Assembly: GCF_000009705.1 (NCBI RefSeq)
Contig: NC_003272.1
Location: forward strand, 3,810,001 to 3,842,000
From: Nostoc sp. PCC 7120 = FACHB-418
GTDB lineage: Bacteria; Cyanobacteriota; Cyanobacteriia; Cyanobacteriales; Nostocaceae
Reading direction: 5' to 3'
Length of the DNA stretch: 32,000 nucleotides
In this document: positions 29,701 to 32,000 of the stretch, in pieces
How the letters are laid out: every line of letters begins with the position of its first letter
How positions within the stretch are numbered: the first letter of the stretch is position 1
The notes under the pieces: model-generated
The model's database searches: none
What the model saw: the letters and a program-made list of their open reading frames with translations, nothing else
What the model was told of the DNA's origin: nothing
Translations under genes and position numbers: made by a program

Positions 29701-29801
29701 TACAGTTATTAAAGTGTGACCAAGCCCAAGGATATTTGTTCTCCAAGCCCTTAAGTAGTGACAAAGTTAGCTTGTTATTGGCTGCAAAGATAGAATTTTA
29801 G
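26736..29801 (+). CDS. LOV blue-light sensor fused to PAS-PAS-GGDEF-EAL (c-di-GMP turnover protein)
   Basis: 1021 aa. The LOV core is [42 protein letters not shown], with the adduct-forming Cys250 at nt 27483-27485. It is followed by two PAS/PAC modules, an intact GGDEF (RLGGDEF) and an intact EAL (FEALVRW...DDFGTGYSS). The first 200 aa or so are unassigned. Confidence 0.92.
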   Translation: [1021 protein letters not shown]

Positions 29802-30119
29802 AACACAAAATCTTGGCTTGTCCGCCATATTCAGTTTGGAATCAGAAAATTCTACGGAAACAACGAGCTAGCGTCAACCTATAGGTGTTTTCCCGTTAAC
29901 CTCAATTTTTATGGCTGAATGCCTTATCCTCTATACATTTGAATGTAGTTGACACCTTCCAAGGGTTGACGCAAATTCTGAAAACCTTGCTATGACTAAT
30001 TTCCAGAATTTATTCCCATTGTTCCTCTTGACAACCCAAGGTCTGAAAAGTTATCTTTGCCACAGATTAACGCAACTGAACCTTGAAAACCAAATACAGC
30101 AATACTTCTGTAACTAGCC
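29802..30119 (+). promoter_or_regulatory. Putative CRISPR leader
   Basis: 318 nt of non-coding, AT-rich sequence lies immediately upstream of repeat 1 on the strand where repeats end in ATTGAAAC. It contains TTGACA boxes at 29949 and 30028. The promoter itself was not pinned down. Confidence 0.45.
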
Positions 30120-30737
30120 GTTGCAACACCATATAATCCCTATTAGGGATTGAAACAAGCTTTTTGCGGGATGGGGCAAGTGTGGGTGAAGTTGCAACAC
30201 CATATAATCCCTATTAGGGATTGAAACCGGGCAATGCAGGAGTGCAACCCGACCAAGACCGGTTGCAACACCATATAATCCCTATTAGGGATTGAAACAA
30301 GTAAAGACCTATTTTACCTAATAACCAGTCTCTACCAGCTTGGTTGCAACACCATATAATCCCTATTAGGGATTGAAACAAGTAAAGACCCAACCGACGA
30401 AGCTCCTTTTTAAGAGTTGCAACACCATATAATCCCTATTAGGGATTGAAACATCATTGATTTCATACACAACTCGCACAGCTATAAGGTTGCAACACCA
30501 TATAATCCCTATTAGGGATTGAAACTTGATTTCGGTTATTGCGTTATCCCTCCTAAAAGTTGCAACACCATATAATCCCTATTAGGGATTGAAACCAACG
30601 ACTAGGGCATGGAGTCTAGACCAGACGGTAGTTGCAACACCATATAATCCCTATTAGGGATTGAAACCTATTTCCTGAAACGATTTAGACAAGGATCTTT
30701 GTTGCAACACCATATAATCCCTATTAGGGATTGAAAC
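30120..30737 (+). CRISPR. CRISPR array: 9 identical 37-nt repeats and 8 spacers (34, 34, 44, 36, 36, 33, 35, 33 nt)
   Basis: The repeat is GTTGCAACACCATATAATCCCTATTAGGGATTGAAAC, starting at 30120, 30191, 30262, 30343, 30416, 30489, 30559, 30631 and 30701. It has an internal 7-bp hairpin (AATCCCT-att-AGGGATT) and a 3' ATTGAAAC tag typical of Cas6-processed type I/III repeats. No cas genes are present in the window. Confidence 0.97.
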
Positions 30738-30823
30738 AACATGAAATTTCAAACTCTTTATCCTCTCTGCGTCTCTGCGTGATAGAAATCATCCCGCATT
30801 GATGCAACGCGCCCAAGCCCCGA

Positions 30824-31744
30824 TTAAGTCTTGACTTGTTCCCTGTATACCCTGGGTGTAATACCCATGAGTTTACGAAATACATTTGTGAAGTGGCTTT
30901 GGCTTTGAAAGCCGACTTGGGTGCATATTTGCTCTATGGTTTTGTTAGTGCTACCCAGTAACTTTTTTGCGCGTTCAATTCGGCAATTCATAACATACTG
31001 ATGTGGTGCAAAACCTGTTGATTGCTTAAATTGGCGCGAAAAGTAATACATACTCATTCCTACTGCTGTGGAAATATCGACCAAAGTCAAATCTTGGTCA
31101 AGGTTTTCATGAATGTAGGAAATTGCTTGCCTGAGTTTCCAGTGTGAAAGTCCTTTATGATGATGGTCGTCAAGGATTGTTCCACCTGTTACGCAATAGT
31201 GTTTGAGTAGGTGAATACACAGCGTGGTTGTTAGAGACTCAATGTAAATGCTGCTACCTTTATGCTCAGATTCTAGTTCTGTTTGAAGTGCTAGCCCAAT
31301 TTGTTGAACTAAGGGATCTGGTGCAGCAAAACGAGGTTTTATTTCAATTTTCTGTAAATCTCCAGCTTCTATCACCATACGTGTAAAAAAAGCTGGTTCT
31401 ACACTGAGGACTAAAAATTTTGTTTCTGATTGCCAGCGTGATATGTGATGAGTTTGGGCAGGAATGATTGCCACATCGCCCTTAGCTATATTCTCATACT
31501 GCAAACGCCCATCAAGTATGCGCTCTAAACGGACTATTTGCTGGTCTAAGCTAACAGTGAGGACGTGTTGCTGTGGGCTGTGTTCTGGAGTTTCATGGCC
31601 AGGCTGTTGGTGAACATCTAACCGTAGACCTTGCCATTGGGCATGATAACTAGAAACCAGGGGCGATCGCGGTAGAATTTCTGTATAGGCATCTTCTTGA
31701 GTAAAATCAACACTTAAGATTTTCTCTTCCGACATCATTCTCAC
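30824..31744 (-). CDS. AraC/XylS-family transcriptional regulator (N-terminal cupin-like sensor, C-terminal double HTH)
   Basis: 306 aa. The C-terminus reads LTLVDISTAVGMSMYYFSRQFKQSTGFAPHQYVMNCRIERAKKLL...IEQICTQVGFQSQSHFTNVFRKLMGITPRVYR. The start could be any of Met1, Met3 or Met4. Confidence 0.88.
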   Translation of the reverse strand: MRMMSEEKILSVDFTQEDAYTEILPRSPLVSSYHAQWQGLRLDVHQQPGHETPEHSPQQHVLTVSLDQQIVRLERILDGRLQYENIAKGDVAIIPAQTHHISRWQSETKFLVLSVEPAFFTRMVIEAGDLQKIEIKPRFAAPDPLVQQIGLALQTELESEHKGSSIYIESLTTTLCIHLLKHYCVTGGTILDDHHHKGLSHWKLRQAISYIHENLDQDLTLVDISTAVGMSMYYFSRQFKQSTGFAPHQYVMNCRIERAKKLLGSTNKTIEQICTQVGFQSQSHFTNVFRKLMGITPRVYREQVKT

Positions 31745-31897
31745 CCCAAGGTTTTGGGTTTTGGTGTAACAGTATATTCAGTATGCGCCAAAAATTAAGT
31801 TAGTCAAAGCAATTGGCAATTTAACTGAAATTTACTGAATTAATACTATATTAAAATACTTTGTGTACTTAATACTTAAATCAATACAGAAATAGTT

Positions 31898-32000
31898 ATG
31901 AGTTCAATAAGTTACTACGTTATCTATGATGGCAATTGTAATCTCTGCGTTACTTTAGTAAAATTGCTAGAAACCTTAGACCAAGGCAAGATTTTCCATT
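31898..32000 (+). CDS. Thiol-disulfide oxidoreductase DCC family (DUF393) protein, 5' part only (runs off the window)
   Basis: My own translation from ATG 31898 is MSSISYYVIYDGNCNLCVTLVKLLETLDQGKIFH. The YDGxCxLC motif is the DCC-family signature. This ORF is not in the track because no stop is reached. Confidence 0.65.
   Translation, partial: MSSISYYVIYDGNCNLCVTLVKLLETLDQGKIFH

Noticed and set aside
27463-29764. Small ORFs inside the LOV-GGDEF-EAL gene (27463-27654, 27757-28050, 29225-29455, 29528-29764), and similar ones inside aphA and the REC-HK (12971-13183, 14788-15000, 15025-15222)
   Set aside because: They are off-frame or antisense within long, motif-rich genes.
2655-30780. Recurring TCTGCGT motif in intergenic DNA (2655, 5195, 14316 on the reverse strand, 30766, 30774)
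   Set aside because: A 7-mer is expected about 4 times in 32 kb on two strands. Apart from the local tandem CTCTGCGT x2, the count is not clearly above chance.

Overview
The window looks like chromosomal DNA of a heterocystous cyanobacterium. It is effectively the Nostoc/Anabaena sp. PCC 7120 region that carries the orange carotenoid protein gene and the Anabaena sensory rhodopsin gene. I recognise the ASR, ASRT, OCP and FRP protein sequences from memory, and the HIP1 palindrome GCGATCGC occurs about once per kb. All homology calls come from reading the ORF translations; no search was run.

Gene content, left to right:
- a frameshifted 3' part of ppsA
- frp and ocp (minus strand)
- a GT39/PMT-like membrane glycosyltransferase
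- a kdpA-kdpB-kdpG-kdpC K+ ATPase operon (minus strand) with no kdpD/kdpE
- a divergent histidine kinase plus NarL-type response regulator
- the phytochrome operon aphA-rcpA, followed by a REC-histidine kinase hybrid
- a P-loop NTPase downstream of a P1B-4 (SPC motif) cobalt-type ATPase, coaT, which is divergent from the MerR/CbiC-fusion regulator coaR across a perfect 9-6-9 dyad
- a small membrane protein translationally coupled to an AI-2E/PerM permease
- the asr-asrt operon, lying tail-to-tail with an orphan histidine kinase
- psrp3/ycf65
- a Ser/Thr kinase with seven WD40 repeats
- a LOV-PAS-PAS-GGDEF-EAL protein
- a 9-repeat CRISPR array with no cas genes in view
- an AraC-family regulator
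- the start of a DCC-family (DUF393) gene

I see no clearly novel multi-gene system. The observations most worth follow-up are:
- four different chromophore classes of photoreceptor within about 29 kb
- the orphan CRISPR array, which has an anomalous spacer pair and a decayed terminal repeat running into the araC-like gene
- the kdpD-less kdp operon paired with a non-canonical two-component system
- the G7 frameshift in ppsA
- the coaR/coaT operator architecture

No tRNA, rRNA or transposase genes were recognised.
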